NCBI GenBank assembly: GCA_020536535.1
Contig: JAHLWZ010000868.1
Coordinates: forward strand, 1-64,000
Direction of reading: 5' to 3'
DNA: 64,000 nucleotides
Source of the DNA: Pelomyxa schiedti
Taxonomy: Eukaryota > Protista > Evosea
Of the stretch, positions 48,305 through 60,726 are shown one piece after another; positions within the stretch are counted from its first letter, which is position 1, and each line of letters starts with the position of its first letter. The position numbers and the translations under genes are program-made. The notes under the pieces are model-generated. The model saw only the letters and a program-made list of their open reading frames with translations. It did no database searches and was not told the origin of the DNA.

Positions 48305-51300
48305 TCAGTGGTCTTCTGTGGTTGTGTAAGCTTCAGCAGGTGTCTCTGCTTCTGTTATTTCAGTGAGTGCTACTGTGTCTTGTGCTGGAAGAGTGGCTTT
48401 TTTGTAGGAGATGAGAAATAGAATGCCAAAGAAAGCGGCGATGAGTAGAAGGGCCCCTGGTACCCCTATACACAGCCCAATCACCCATTTTTTCCAGGTT
48501 TCGAAGCCTCCTGCGATTTGGTAAGTGTTGACAGGAAGAAAGTGTACTCACCTTCGAAAGTTATGGAAAGGTGATAGAACCATCTGTCGTCGGAGATGGA
48601 ACAATTTTGTGCAACTACCAATCTGTAAACATAGTTTGATCTTGTCTCGAATTCTTTCTGATGGCCACACTACCACAAATGAGAATTATTTGACTGAAAG
48701 GTACACACAGGCCATGTATCAATGCAGGAGCTGCAGTTTTCATCAGAAATCTCGATAAGACATGGAAAATTGCCAGTGCCATTTATCAAAATGGTGCTCC
48801 CATCTCCAACAAATTCATAGAAATTGGCTGAGGAGGTTTCTGAGTGTGAATCAAGAGGAGTGCTACAAACCAAAGCGACCAGTCTCTGGATGACAAGGAG
48901 TGGGTAAGTATATGGTGACCAGAGGGTTTTCATTGGTCAGGTAATTCGTCACGTCGTATGGCAGGGTGATGGGAAGCGCTTCATCACATTTGGTGTTGGC
49001 AGGTACGGAAACTTTTTCAATGACTTGCAGTGTGTAGGTTCCGTAGTCCTGGACATCTACCTGAGTGATACCAATTGTGACTCGGGTGTTCCCTTTAAAG
49101 GGTATTTCAATTGGTATTTCACTGCACTGTATGGCAATAAGTGTGATTTGGCGGTTTTGAGAATACCCTCTCATATCTTTCGCATACGCAACCAGTATAA
49201 ATTTCTATGTAACAAGGGAAGTCCGAGATTACACTGAAATCGAAATAGGTCTCAGAAGCATTGCCAACGACAAATTTGTAGAATTGACCTGGAAAATGAA
49301 GACTTTCACAGGGAGAAATAAGGCAATTTTTCTTACCACTCCGTATGTTGGATGTGCACCTTGAGTTGTATCGTGGAATGTCTGGCATTAGCCGGGAAGT
49401 AACGATAAATGGTACAGCTTCGAGAAGTGCCGTTTGACAGTGATCATTTGGAAAATAGGCTACAAACTCGTTATTTTTCATCTATCGATAGCAAGTAACG
49501 TACACAGAGCTGAAGTCATTTGAAGCTTGTAGGCACCCAATTCCCCAAATGTGGGTGTTACACCAATAACATAGGGGAAGTCCTTTATTGATGTGAAGGT
49601 ATAAGAGTAATCAGGTTGAACCTGTCTCAGTAGGTGAGATTGCGTTGCCTGGGTTAGTTTTTTGGTTTTATTTTGTTTTCGTACATCTGGATTCCAGCTG
49701 GTAATACAATCACAACGTGGAGAATTCAGTCCAACCTCAACCTGAACTGAGCTTGTAACAGTGATGGATGTATAAGTACCATCTCCAATGAAAGTGAAGT
49801 AATGTGCTGCGAAATTTTAGTGGTGAAGGGCAACTTGTAGATAGCAACATCTTAAACTTTCGCCCCCAAAGCAGCTGACACTGGATGGAAGAGTAAGATT
49901 GCCAATGAGACCCTCATAATAAAATGGTAGAGGGGAGTCACTAGGGGATACACAGAGATCATTATCGATGTCTATCTCCTCCACTTCGATACGACACTTA
50001 GCAAAGGTTTAAAATGCAACAACGTACCAATTGATAGATTGTACTGTCCCCAGGCGTCCGTTGAGTACTGAGCAATCACCACATTAACGACTTCTCCGGG
50101 CTCCGGCAAATATGCGTAAGGCCAAGTGACCTATGGAAGGTTTTTCATTTGGAAAGGTTTGCAGAAGTCCCTACACTCCAGGAACTTATGCAGAGGCAAT
50201 CATCAGTACCGAGCATAGCCCTAATCATAAAATCGGCTGTTAGAAATAGCCCAAGAAATTTCCCTGAAGACGTAAAGCGAAAATAGTTGGCTGGAGGTGA
50301 TGTTAGCGCAGTGACTACAAACTTTTGGACGGCAACCATAGCGATACCCAGTACAAGGTGTACATAAAAGGTCTCCAACAGTATCCTCCTGAAGGGTTCC
50401 CTGCAAGACTGTAGGAACAGTTATATTTTCTGCAGTATAACACCCAGTTTCATCTGTATAGATCAGAAGGCCACAACGTTCCAGGGAAGGTACTCTGTGG
50501 AATAGGAAACAAGTCTAATTCGTAATTTCCATAAAACATAGCATCAGCACTCGTCATAAAGAATATATACTCAAAGCCGGCGGTATACATTGGCCAGTAC
50601 TTTGTTGTAGATTGAGTCTATTAATGACAGTTAACTGTTGGCGTCATTTCGGTGCAATACAGCAGTATAGGAGTGGCATGCACCACAATTGGGGTCTAGA
50701 TATTCCAACAGACAGTCAAAATCGCAATCAAATGAAACACCAAGCAATCCCGAAAATGGAGCACGTACTCGGAAATAATCCCCTTATCTTGTCAGAATGC
50801 AGGAAACTAGACTAGGGAAATGAGTACCTGAGCGTTCTTCCTGTGTCATACAAATGTCATCGCTTGACGGATTCGACTCGTACAAAATGCCATAAAGAGT
50901 GACAGGAAGCTCATACAATGCAGCTTCTGAGCAATAGTGAAAAGACAGTGGAGCTAAATTGGGTAAGAAACGAGGAATTTACATAGAGTGACTGACCAGG
51001 AGAGACAGTGATTGTCAAATCAAAACTTCCATCCTCTATTGTATCGTACCGTGCAACAACAAGGGTTACAACGTCGCCTTTGTTAACATTCCAATCGAAA
51101 ATTGCACCTCCTGTGCACTGTAGGAGTTGTTAAATTCTACCTCCAGAAAGGTCTTACTTACATCGACACTGCCAAAGCACTGGCAGGCTGCAGTGGCCAC
51201 CTCACCTCGGCAAGTGAAGGTGGGATCACTTATTGACACGGTCATAACGCCCTCTACTTCCACTTCAATTCGGTAATAGCTCCCTATTTCAGCAGCCAAT

Positions 51301-51575
51301 AAGAATGGGCTACAAGGACAAAAAAAAAAAAAAAAAAAGATGAAGAAGAAGCACGGCACCGCAGCGTGGGCACACGCACCAATTGTGTAATCATAGTAGC
51401 GGCAAGGCGTTGCAGTGACAGTGGTAAGTGGCTGAGATGTAGCGTAATAAGGCAGAGAATCCACGAGAGTGTAATTCCCCGTGCAACCGTACACCACCTC
51501 ACCACAACTTGGGACCACCAGCAAAACCAGAACAAGCAACAGCCCACACTCCCAGCATGTTCTGTTTCCCGCCAT
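48305..51575 (-). CDS. Cys-rich repeat type I cell-surface protein
   Basis: Signal peptide LLLVLVLLVVPSCG, recurring modules beginning ..(L/F)P(Y/F).., TM helix WVIGLCIGVPGALLLIAAFFGILFLI followed by YKK and a short tail. Confidence 0.72.
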
Positions 51576-51864
51576 ATAAGAAGTAAGGTACCTCCCTCTG
51601 ACCCACCAACCAAAAAATATGTTGTGTTGCCACACAACCACGCGGTTTTGATTTTAATGTTATTGGACCACACCGAAGCAGAAGTGAGTGTCAACTTATC
51701 GTTCCAGGGAGTGTGGGCTCGACGAAACACGTTATCTCGTTTGTGCCTTTCGCGAAACCGCGAATTCATGTTTGATTAGCCTCTTGTACCTTTGGCAAAA
51801 TCAATGTTTCTTTCACCATTATTCAAGAGCGGTGAATTGCGTTGTTGGATTTTCTGTTCACCAT

Positions 51865-54389
51865 TCACCAGCGGCATAGCTTGTAATCTTTGTAGAAGTT
51901 CCCACTGGAGTGATTACCAGTCTTGTACCCAACAAACACCTATTTTATTGTTAGGTGTTAACCCAAGCTTGTGAAACCATACAGGGTCAAGAACTCTGGC
52001 AGCTCCATCAATTTCATCGATAGGGGGTTCCAGTCCTAAGGCAAGTTTATGGCCCATAAATTCGTTGGGAGCTTCGTAGGTAACCCAACCGGTATCAACA
52101 CTTGATCCGGAAATTAGTATTAGGGTAAAGGAAAGAGTATGGGCTATTTTCTAGCACACCTGTTCCTATAATACAAATTAGCACAGAGGATAATAAGGTA
52201 AAATCTCACATATATACGCCGCGCTGAGCAAATTCCTCTGCTGAAGTCCGTGTCATCATGTTTAATGCCGCTTTTGCCATGTTTGTGTGTGGATGCCAAG
52301 GTTGTTTGGGCCCAGCAAATCTACCTTCCATGGATGAAACGTTCACTATATGTGCGGGTGAACTAGCAGCCATTTTAGCCTTCAACCGAGAACATAAAAT
52401 AAATGGAGCAAGTGCGTTTATTGCATGCACTTCTGCTGCTTCAACTGTGCAAACTTCCCCTAGTGTTTTAACCCACGTGTTGCGACGCCGCAAATCCACC
52501 TGTTGCCCATCACAGTCAAATTCTCCCTGAGGGAAACACTCTGGTTGTTTGTCAAACCCATCATCGTCACTATCGAGGTTTGAGAGGTCACTTTCAGCCG
52601 CTTTTCTCGTAGGCTTGATCAAACTCTGAGCCTCAGAACTAATGTCTGCTTCTGTGCACTGATGGTCGTATGTACTCGAGCTTTGTGTGCTGGTGGGTGA
52701 TGTGTTCTCTTCAGTGTATTGGGAATAGCTCGTTTCAGTTGTACTGTGTTCATCGGCATGTGGCGAACTGCGATTTGTGCTGCTTGCCTTATATTGTGCC
52801 GTGTTGGTAAGCTCGGTGTCCCCTTCTTCAATTCTCAGGGCGTTGGAAGTAGTTTCAATAGCTTTACGTTGTGGTGCCAGGAGTGAGATTAAGGGAGGAG
52901 GTGCCGGGGCTTGCTCTATCGGTATTATATTCTGGAAGAAGCCTTGGGGTCTTCTGATAGTTTGTGCAGCGTTATTGATAAGAATGTCAAGTCGTGGAAG
53001 CTCGGTGCATAGCATTTCTGCGAAAGCTTCAACCTCACGTAGCATCCTCATATCAAGCATGTGAACCTGTAGTTTATCACGCCACTCGGAGAAATCAGGT
53101 TCTCGTGAGTAACGGAATACAGCATCATGAGGAAAGCGAGTGGTCATAACAACACTTGCTCCTGCACGCAAAAGCTTGAGAACGATTTCATAGCCTATTT
53201 TAATTCTTCCTCCCGTTACGAGCGCTACTTTTCCTGTGAGATTAATGGTCTGGGATCGTTTGTCAAAATTTTCTTTTCCGCATTCAGGGCAAAGTTGGTC
53301 GTAGAAGCCATGAGCAAATTTCACTGAGTATTGGTAAGCTAGCCTCTTAATGAAAGAGGAGTATTACTTTTGTTTTTACATATATAACATGCAAGAGTTG
53401 TCGTAAGTGGTATTGGAGGATGATGTTCTTGATGATTTGTGTCACTGGAAGGACTCTCTTCTGCAACTGCCGTGGTACTTTTTCCGCTATCTCTTTGAGT
53501 TGTATCCTCCCCAGTATCAAGCTTTGCCTCATCCTCTGGAGATTCTTGTGGCTTGTACTCTAGTTGTTTTGTAGCTACATATCCTATGAGGAGGGGACTT
53601 GGGGTAGGTTTCCATGAAAGTGGGTCTTCCAACAGTGCCTGTTTTTGGACTTGTGCTCCGACTTGGTCCTGTAGCTTCAGTCTTCGAGCAGCACGAATCC
53701 CAGTGTCTGATAGAGCCTCTTTATCTTTTGAGATGCGACTTGTTGCCATCTGTGTTTTCCCCCGTTCTTTTCTAGGCATTTACGTAGGTTACCATGCAAA
53801 ATGCAAAATAAATATTACAAAATTCAAATTACAAAATACAAATAATATCATACAGTACATCAAGCCACTTGTAGGACTTCTCCCTCAATTTTCGAGTCAA
53901 CTCCCTCTGGGCAGGGGATTCAGGCAGCGGTTGCCTCGCATTCCTCTCCATCTCCTCGGCCACCCCCTCGCCCCCGCCCCCGCACATGCCCATGCCTCCT
54001 CCCCCCGCCCCCGCCCCCGCCCCCGTCACCAGCCTAGGCGCCGGCGTGGCGGCGCTTGCCGCCGAGGCCCCCCCGGGTTCGTCCTCGGTCCTGGGCCGCT
54101 GCAACTGCAGCTGCAGGGCGCGGAGGGCCCGCACCTGCTTGGCCAGGCGGAGCTTCTCCTCCGAGACCACGAACCGCAGCACCCTCAGCGCCGTCTGGAA
54201 GTCCTCGATCGGGGGCGCCGCCTTGGCGCCGTCGCTGATGTACCCGGGGCCCGGCGGGTCCTGGTCGCCCGGCGTCGCGCTCGCTGTGGCGCAGCCCCCC
54301 ACTGGGGCCTCCGCGTCGTCATCGAACAGTGGTGGGAAACAGTCGGCGTCGTCGCCCGGGGGCTTGTCGGCCTCCTCGTGGTCCGACAT
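51865..54389 (-). CDS. Short-chain dehydrogenase/reductase with N-terminal CYIC/CPEC Zn-ribbon-like region
   Basis: CYICK..FYDQLCPECG, ALVTGGRIKIG, TTRFPHDA, LDILINNAAQT, VNVSSMEG, HPHTNMAKAALNMMTRT, M|NS|VDTGW, FYKDY. Confidence 0.92.
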
Positions 54390-54616
54390 GAGATTGCGAT
54401 TTCGTTCTGGCTTGCGAAGGTGTTCACGCTGGAACTCCCTTGGGAGAAACACTCACCCGTACAGTCAGTACCGTCCAGTGTGTATTTCTGATGTCGTGTG
54501 TGACTCCTTCTTCTCACAAAGTGACCTCCATCATTCAACTGAGGCCTATTTTTGCCTCTACTTTTTTCTGCTCAAACGGCAAATTTGACATTTATTAAAT
54601 CAAAGCACCAAGCACC

Positions 54617-56022
54617 ATGGACTCCGTGGACCAACAGCAACAATGTAACACAGTGCAATCCTCATCTTCAGCCACATCGACCGCCGTCTCCGAAGGATCT
54701 CCCGGTGGGACTCCGCCCCCTGTCTCCGATTCAATCACGCCGCGCTCTTCCTCGGTTCCCATCACTGCGTTATTGCCCTCCGCGCTCCCGCCTGCGTTGC
54801 CCTCCCCGCGCCAATCTACCTTCATGGACGAGGACGCCAACGACGACTACGAGGACTACGACGAAGACTACGACGAGGACGACTACTACCTCGCCCCTGA
54901 GATCTCAGTCACTTCGCGTGCTGTATCAGGCGGCGAAGTGCAGGACTGCCTCGCGCAACATAAGCAAGATCCGCCCCTTGATCAGCGTGATATAGAAGCC
55001 GACGCGCAATCACAGTCGTCGGCCTCAGTCTCATGCGCAGCGGTTCTGTTATCGGCACCGCAATCTGTCAGTGGGGAGGGGGATGCAGTTGCAATTACGC
55101 AATCGGGGGCACCTGAGTCTTGTGCGTGCAATTGCACTGCGAGCAGTGGTAGTGGGTTTGGGGCTGAGGGGGTATCTGGAGAGGGAGTGAATGGAGAATC
55201 GTGTGCAACACCTCCGTCGAGTGATAATGTGAATTGTTGCGTGACTCTGACTAGGAGGTCAGCGAAGAGGCAGGCGGTTCAGGATTTGGTGCGTGATTCT
55301 ATAATGATTATATTCCTTGCTTCTTCTCTATTTTGGGTTTGTTGTACTGTTTTTCTTCTTTCTATATCTGCTAATTTCCCTTACTAGGAGAGTAGTACAA
55401 ATGCACTGCTCAACGCAATACAAGAGGGTAAATTTGTATTCAATTATCTCTAGTTTGGAAATTTTACCGCATAATAGAGGGGAGTATGCCGTTCAAGCAA
55501 CTATGTGAAACCTGTGGAATAGAAGCTAGAAGGTAATTTGAGAATAAAACAACTGATTCCATTTCGCTTTTATGCTTGCTCCAATAAAGGTGTTACGTAT
55601 GTCTACCACCACTTTGACACAGAGAAATTTTTTTTCATCCAACCTACAGCGTGGAATTAATGAGGTGATAATTATGTTATCACAATAAACAGGATATTAT
55701 AAACGTTCTATCTGTCGTACCTACTGTCAGGCAACCCCTTCTTACTAAGAGGAAACTTGCCACACCACAAGGAAGTGGGCCAATACCTACAGTCTTCTTG
55801 GGAGACGGTACACCAATGCGTGGGACCACACTAGAAAATCTACTGGCCACCGTCCACAACAATTACTCCGCGTATGTCACCAATCTTTTTATCCCCAAAC
55901 CCTAATTCTCCCACAGGGTGGCCGGTCTTGCTGATTATACCTCAGTGCTCTTGGAAATGTGTGTAGTTGGGAACACTCTGATTTACACTAACACCAAGGA
56001 ATTAGCATCCAAAGCCGCATGA
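54617..56022 (+). CDS. E2F/DP-like winged-helix protein (divergent)
   Basis: Splicing through a 7-nt exon (55590-55596) gives FKQLCETCGIEARRCYDIINVL, matching the E2F/DP RRxYDxxNVL motif. Confidence 0.68.
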
Positions 56023-56257
56023 CTCCAGAAGAAGCGTTTTCTCGCCTCACCCAACACACACACCATCAAAGTTCACTCCCTGGGCCCAATTCCACAACCA
56101 GCAAACCCTAGCCATTCTGAGAACAGCAGGACAAGTTGGGGACCTGCCAATCCAATCCATCAAGTTCCATCGACAACCTGAAACGCTTCGGCCAACAGAA
56201 GAAGAAAAATTTCGTTGTCCAAAACCAAAAAACAAAAAACCCAGAACAGAAACCAAC

Positions 56258-57694
56258 ACGGCGGCCAAGAACCACGCACAAGGAGGCGGAGGGGAAGGGG
56301 CGGGGACGCCGCTCAAGGCGGTGGCCGTGGACCCGTCGCGGGTCTACCTGCTCAAGGACAACGACACAACCTACTCCCTGCGGCCGGCGGGGTTCCCGCG
56401 GTCGTTCGTGGGCCGCCTCAGCGCCCTGGCGCCCACGCCCCCTCTGCTGCGCGGCTTCGTCGCGGCCCACTGCAACGTGGCCCACCCGCCGCCCGAGGGC
56501 GACGCCTGCCACTTCGCGTGGTGCTACCCCTGCGGGATGACGTGGAACGGGGAGACGGACGACGAGCGGGTGTACCTGAGAACCGGCGGGTTTGCGTTTT
56601 TCCAGACCCGCAGCGCGAGCATGCCGTACGCCATCGTGACGTTCACCCCCGCAGCCTTGGGAGCTAGCCTGTCGTGCTACAGGGCGCGTATCGCGCCGCC
56701 ACGCGATGCAAGTCTTATGGCCGAAATATTTGATAATGGGTAGGTATTCTCCGAACCCCCAGTTTTTTTTTTTTGGTTTCCTTTTCTTATTCGCCCAAGG
56801 TTGACTGATATCGGAGAGGACTCGGGCATCCGGGCTATTCTTTCCAACCCCACTGTGTGCAGGTATCGTTGGGTTCCAGCAGAACCTAGCCTGGACAGCT
56901 GCTTTGGCGAATTTGTTTATGTAACCCAGACCAATGCTTTAATTTCCAGTCCAGTGGAAATTCTAGCCCCTTCCACTCCACCCCACCCTTCCCCTTCCAC
57001 TCCACCCCATCCGTCTCCCCCGATACCGATACCCCTCCCTCAACCTACTGCTATTCCACCGCCAGCGCTATCTCCCCCGCCACATTCACCTTCACCTTCA
57101 TCTTCCCCTTCACTTTCACCTTCACCTTCATCTTCACCACATCCCCCGCCACATTCACCTTCACACATTCCCACCTCTACACCGCAGCAGTTAAATTCCC
57201 CAGCACCGCCGTCACTATCTCCCCCTCTGCAATTACCATTAGCACATTCCCCGCCGTTATCAACTGCACAGCAGTTGTATGGTCATCAACATCACCAATC
57301 GTACCCTATATTGCCACAGCCGGTTACCATTAATACTACGGCACCTACAAGCCATTTCACGAGTCATGTTATAAAACCGACGCTACTACACCGAGGAAAC
57401 TCTTGTGATAGCAAAGCAATGAAGACTTTCGTCCCACAAGTTTACCCAACCCCCTTAGCCGTATGCACAACTCCTCCACCATGTCCGCCAACGCGAAATC
57501 CTCCTGCCTGGGTTTCTTCCTTTGAGGAAAAAGACCCAGTACTCTGTGTAGAATGCTGCAAATCAGTCAGGCAAGTGATATTCCTGCCTTGCTATCACAT
57601 ACTCTTCTGTGAGCTCTGTGCCCAAAAAATGCCGCGGCCAGCCTTTTGCCCTGTAGAACATTGTAACATTGACAGGTTTACCAAGTTTCCTTGA
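56258..57694 (+). CDS. Protein with Pro-rich linker and C-terminal IAP-type (C3HC4) RING finger; start codon uncertain
   Basis: LCVECCKSVRQVIFLPCYHILFCELCAQ...CPV. One intron at ~56740-56799. No ATG at the apparent 5' end, but an in-frame ACG at 56258. Confidence 0.75.
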
Positions 57695-57765
57695 AACCCT
57701 TTGGGGAAGGGCTTCCAATACTGAGAAAGGAAAAAAACCAGCAGAATAAACACATTGTATTATAT

Positions 57766-60726
57766 TCAATTTACTGCGTGCCCATATAATATTGCCGTGA
57801 AACGGTCCTTTAGGGACCTGTGTTGTGCCTTCTTTTCTTCATGCATTGCAACTGCATGAAGGAAGAACAAGTCCTTCCTGGTTATCATTCCCACAGGCAC
57901 ATTGTTAGTATCCACAACTACTAGATGACGCAACCCCAGTGTTCTGAAAATATTGAAGGCGCGAGCGCTGCTCACCCCCATTGGAACTGTTACAGCGTAG
58001 TTCGTGTGCGGTGTCAAGTCCATGCTTGCTTCTTTGTGTTCATTATCGTTGTTGTTGTTGATGATCACTTCATGTTCCGGGTCGCCCTTGTTCTTCTTTG
58101 GGTCATCCTTTGACTTTGGTTTCGGTGGGTTCAGCAGTTCCACCAACTGTCTGCGAGAATCACGCCAAGTAGCGGCGAACTTGTGAGCGCCCCCTGTACC
58201 GCATCAGCCTGGTGCCTTCCGGACGGCCTGCAGACCACAGCGAAGCCGTTGTGGGTGTAGCTATGAAGAACCTGCTCCACGGCGGCTCGCGTCGTGTGCT
58301 GCGAGAGAGTAACCACCGGCTTATGCATCACATCGTCGACGATGAACCGCCGCAGGGCGCTGGGTGCACTCCAGTCCAGGATGGGGTAGTCCTTGAACCG
58401 GAAGTCGATCATGGTGATGGATGGAGAGAACATGTCGCCGACGAACTTGGCGATTATCAGCGTGACCATGAGGAACAGGGACCATGAGCCTTCGTTTACT
58501 GCTTCGCTCAGAATCACGCTTAGTGACACCGGCATCCTGCATACACCTCCAAGGACACCGGCAGCTCCAATAAACGCCATGAGGCCTGGTGTGACATCCA
58601 AAGTTTCCATCTCTGGCTTGAAGAACTCCCCAATAAGGCGGCCGACTGCGGCACCTACTAGAAGTGACGGCATGAAGAAACCGGCAGGAACGCCACAGCC
58701 GATGGAATATACGGAGATAGAAAAGAAGCAGATGCTGAATACTGTGAGTACGAGCATATCCACAGGTAGTGACTCATGAAAAAGGAAGTTCATGGCATTC
58801 TCTTGGGAGTTCATGAAGAGTGTGGCTGCTGAGTTGTAGGAACCCTCTGGACAGAAGATGGTAGGTAAGTCATCATTGGCAGTTGAGTCATCGGTGGGAA
58901 CACACTTTTTTAACCTGTAGATGTGAGTGTTTGAGATATTGAGATGGAAGCATACACGGCAGACATCGTTACGGCAATAGTTCCTGATAGCACTGCGATT
59001 GCTATAACTTCAATGAACCGGCGAAGAGGGGTTCGAAAGACTAGTTTTCGATATCTGATGACCAGCAAATGCAAGAAGTTGAAGATGGCTCCAATAATCC
59101 CTCCGAGAATACCCATTACCACAAATGCTACAACTTGCTTTACATTGTCAAATAGTGCATCTGGGAAGGTCCCAAAGTGACACAAGCTATCAATGGAAAA
59201 CTGTCCCCACTTTCCATCTTAAAATGATTAAGTGAATCATTACACTCATGTATTGTGACATACCATCAACCCCTGTTATCATAAAGCTCAAACCGAAGCA
59301 GGCTAGCATGGTGCAAAATAGTAGTTTTTGCATCAACCCTCCTGTAAAGTGTGAGCCCTTCTCTAGTGTGAATAACACTGCGCCAGCTGGTGCACCAAAC
59401 GCACAGGCGATACCGGCACCCAGGCCAGTAGATACAAGGTCGCGTGTGTCATATTCATCATATTTAAATACTTTCCCCACTGCGTGCCCAATTTGCGATC
59501 CAATCGCAAGCATTGGTCCCTCTTTACCTACGCACATTGGTGAGGCTGTCACCAACGTGAGGGATACTGTATGAGCAAACAGGTTCTTGATTTTCAAGCA
59601 GTCTTGAACCACAATGCCGTTAAGAAAGCAGAGTACTTCTGTTGCCGCCCCCTTCAACATCGGATCTAGAAGAAGTATAATTAGGCCAGCTGAGATTCCA
59701 TAGATACTGCCCACAGTTACAAATACTACGCCAGAGGCTGTTTTCTCTGAAAGAGAATCATAACCTACAAGGTCTACCAGATACCAGGAAAGATTGCGCC
59801 CCCAGACCATCCCCTCATGTAGCACAAACGCGAAAGCAGTCACAACCAGGGCTACTATAGCCACACACAGCCATCTCCCAGCAAAGTATCTCCACCTCGC
59901 AACCTTTGACTGATTTTGCTGTGCCGTTATGGTCAAGGGGTTCTCCTGCTTATCCAAATTCGAGCTCTCAAACTTATGCGCCGGCGACCGTTTCGCCAGG
60001 GTTCTCACAGATAGTGCCACGTCGTTGGTTCCGTCCCCAGTCCCAGTCCCCGGTATTGACCCCTCAAACGAACCCAAGAATTCAGGAGGAGAGCATGAGC
60101 CTCCTCCTTCCTCGGAGCCGGCGCCAGATATAGGAACGTAAACCGAGTCATCAGAACCAGAACCAGAACCACCACTGTTGTGAGTGGTCAATACGGCATC
60201 CCCAGGCACGCCCTGTTGGATATAACTGTCCCTCTTTTGGCTAGCAGTACTCGTAGCGAAGATGTGTGCCCCGGCCCCATCAACAGCAGAAGCCCTTTTC
60301 GTCGTGGCAGAGAGCGACGACGACATGGGCCTCATCTTCCTGCTCTTGGAAGACGTCGTGGACGAGGACGCCGACGGCGTCGTCGTCGTCGGTGTGTTGG
60401 CTCTGCGGCCCCCCCCCCGTCGTATACATGGCCGAGGACGAGGAAGCGGGCGGGGCTGGGGGCTCCCCTTGCCTGGCTACTTCGTCGGGGGTGGGTTCGC
60501 CCTCGCCCTCGCCGTCGTCTTCGTCGTCCGAGTCGCGGCCGCCTCCGCCTCCGCCCCCACCGGCCCCCACGCCGTCCTCGTCGCCGCTGTAGTCGCCCGC
60601 GGGACCACGGGGGTCCTCAGTGTGGGCCGCGATGGGGGTGAAGGTGGTGCCGGAGGACCAGTCGGAGCGCCGCTCCGCGTCGGCCCAGTCCCCAAACTCG
60701 GTGTTGCGCTGCTCGTCGTCCCCCAT
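57766..60726 (-). CDS. CLC-family anion channel/transporter with two CBS domains; two frame breaks in this sequence
   Basis: GKEGP, GIACAFGAPAGAVLF, GVPAGFFMPSLLVGAAVGRL, LGGVCRMPVSL, THNGF, FRTLGLRHLVVVD..VGMITRKDL. Confidence 0.92.

Noticed and set aside
21991-56022. Apparent cell-cycle gene cluster (cyclin, Myb, kinesin-6, Wee1-like, E2F-like)
   Set aside because: The genes are spread over 34 kb among unrelated genes, and no shared motif could be supported.
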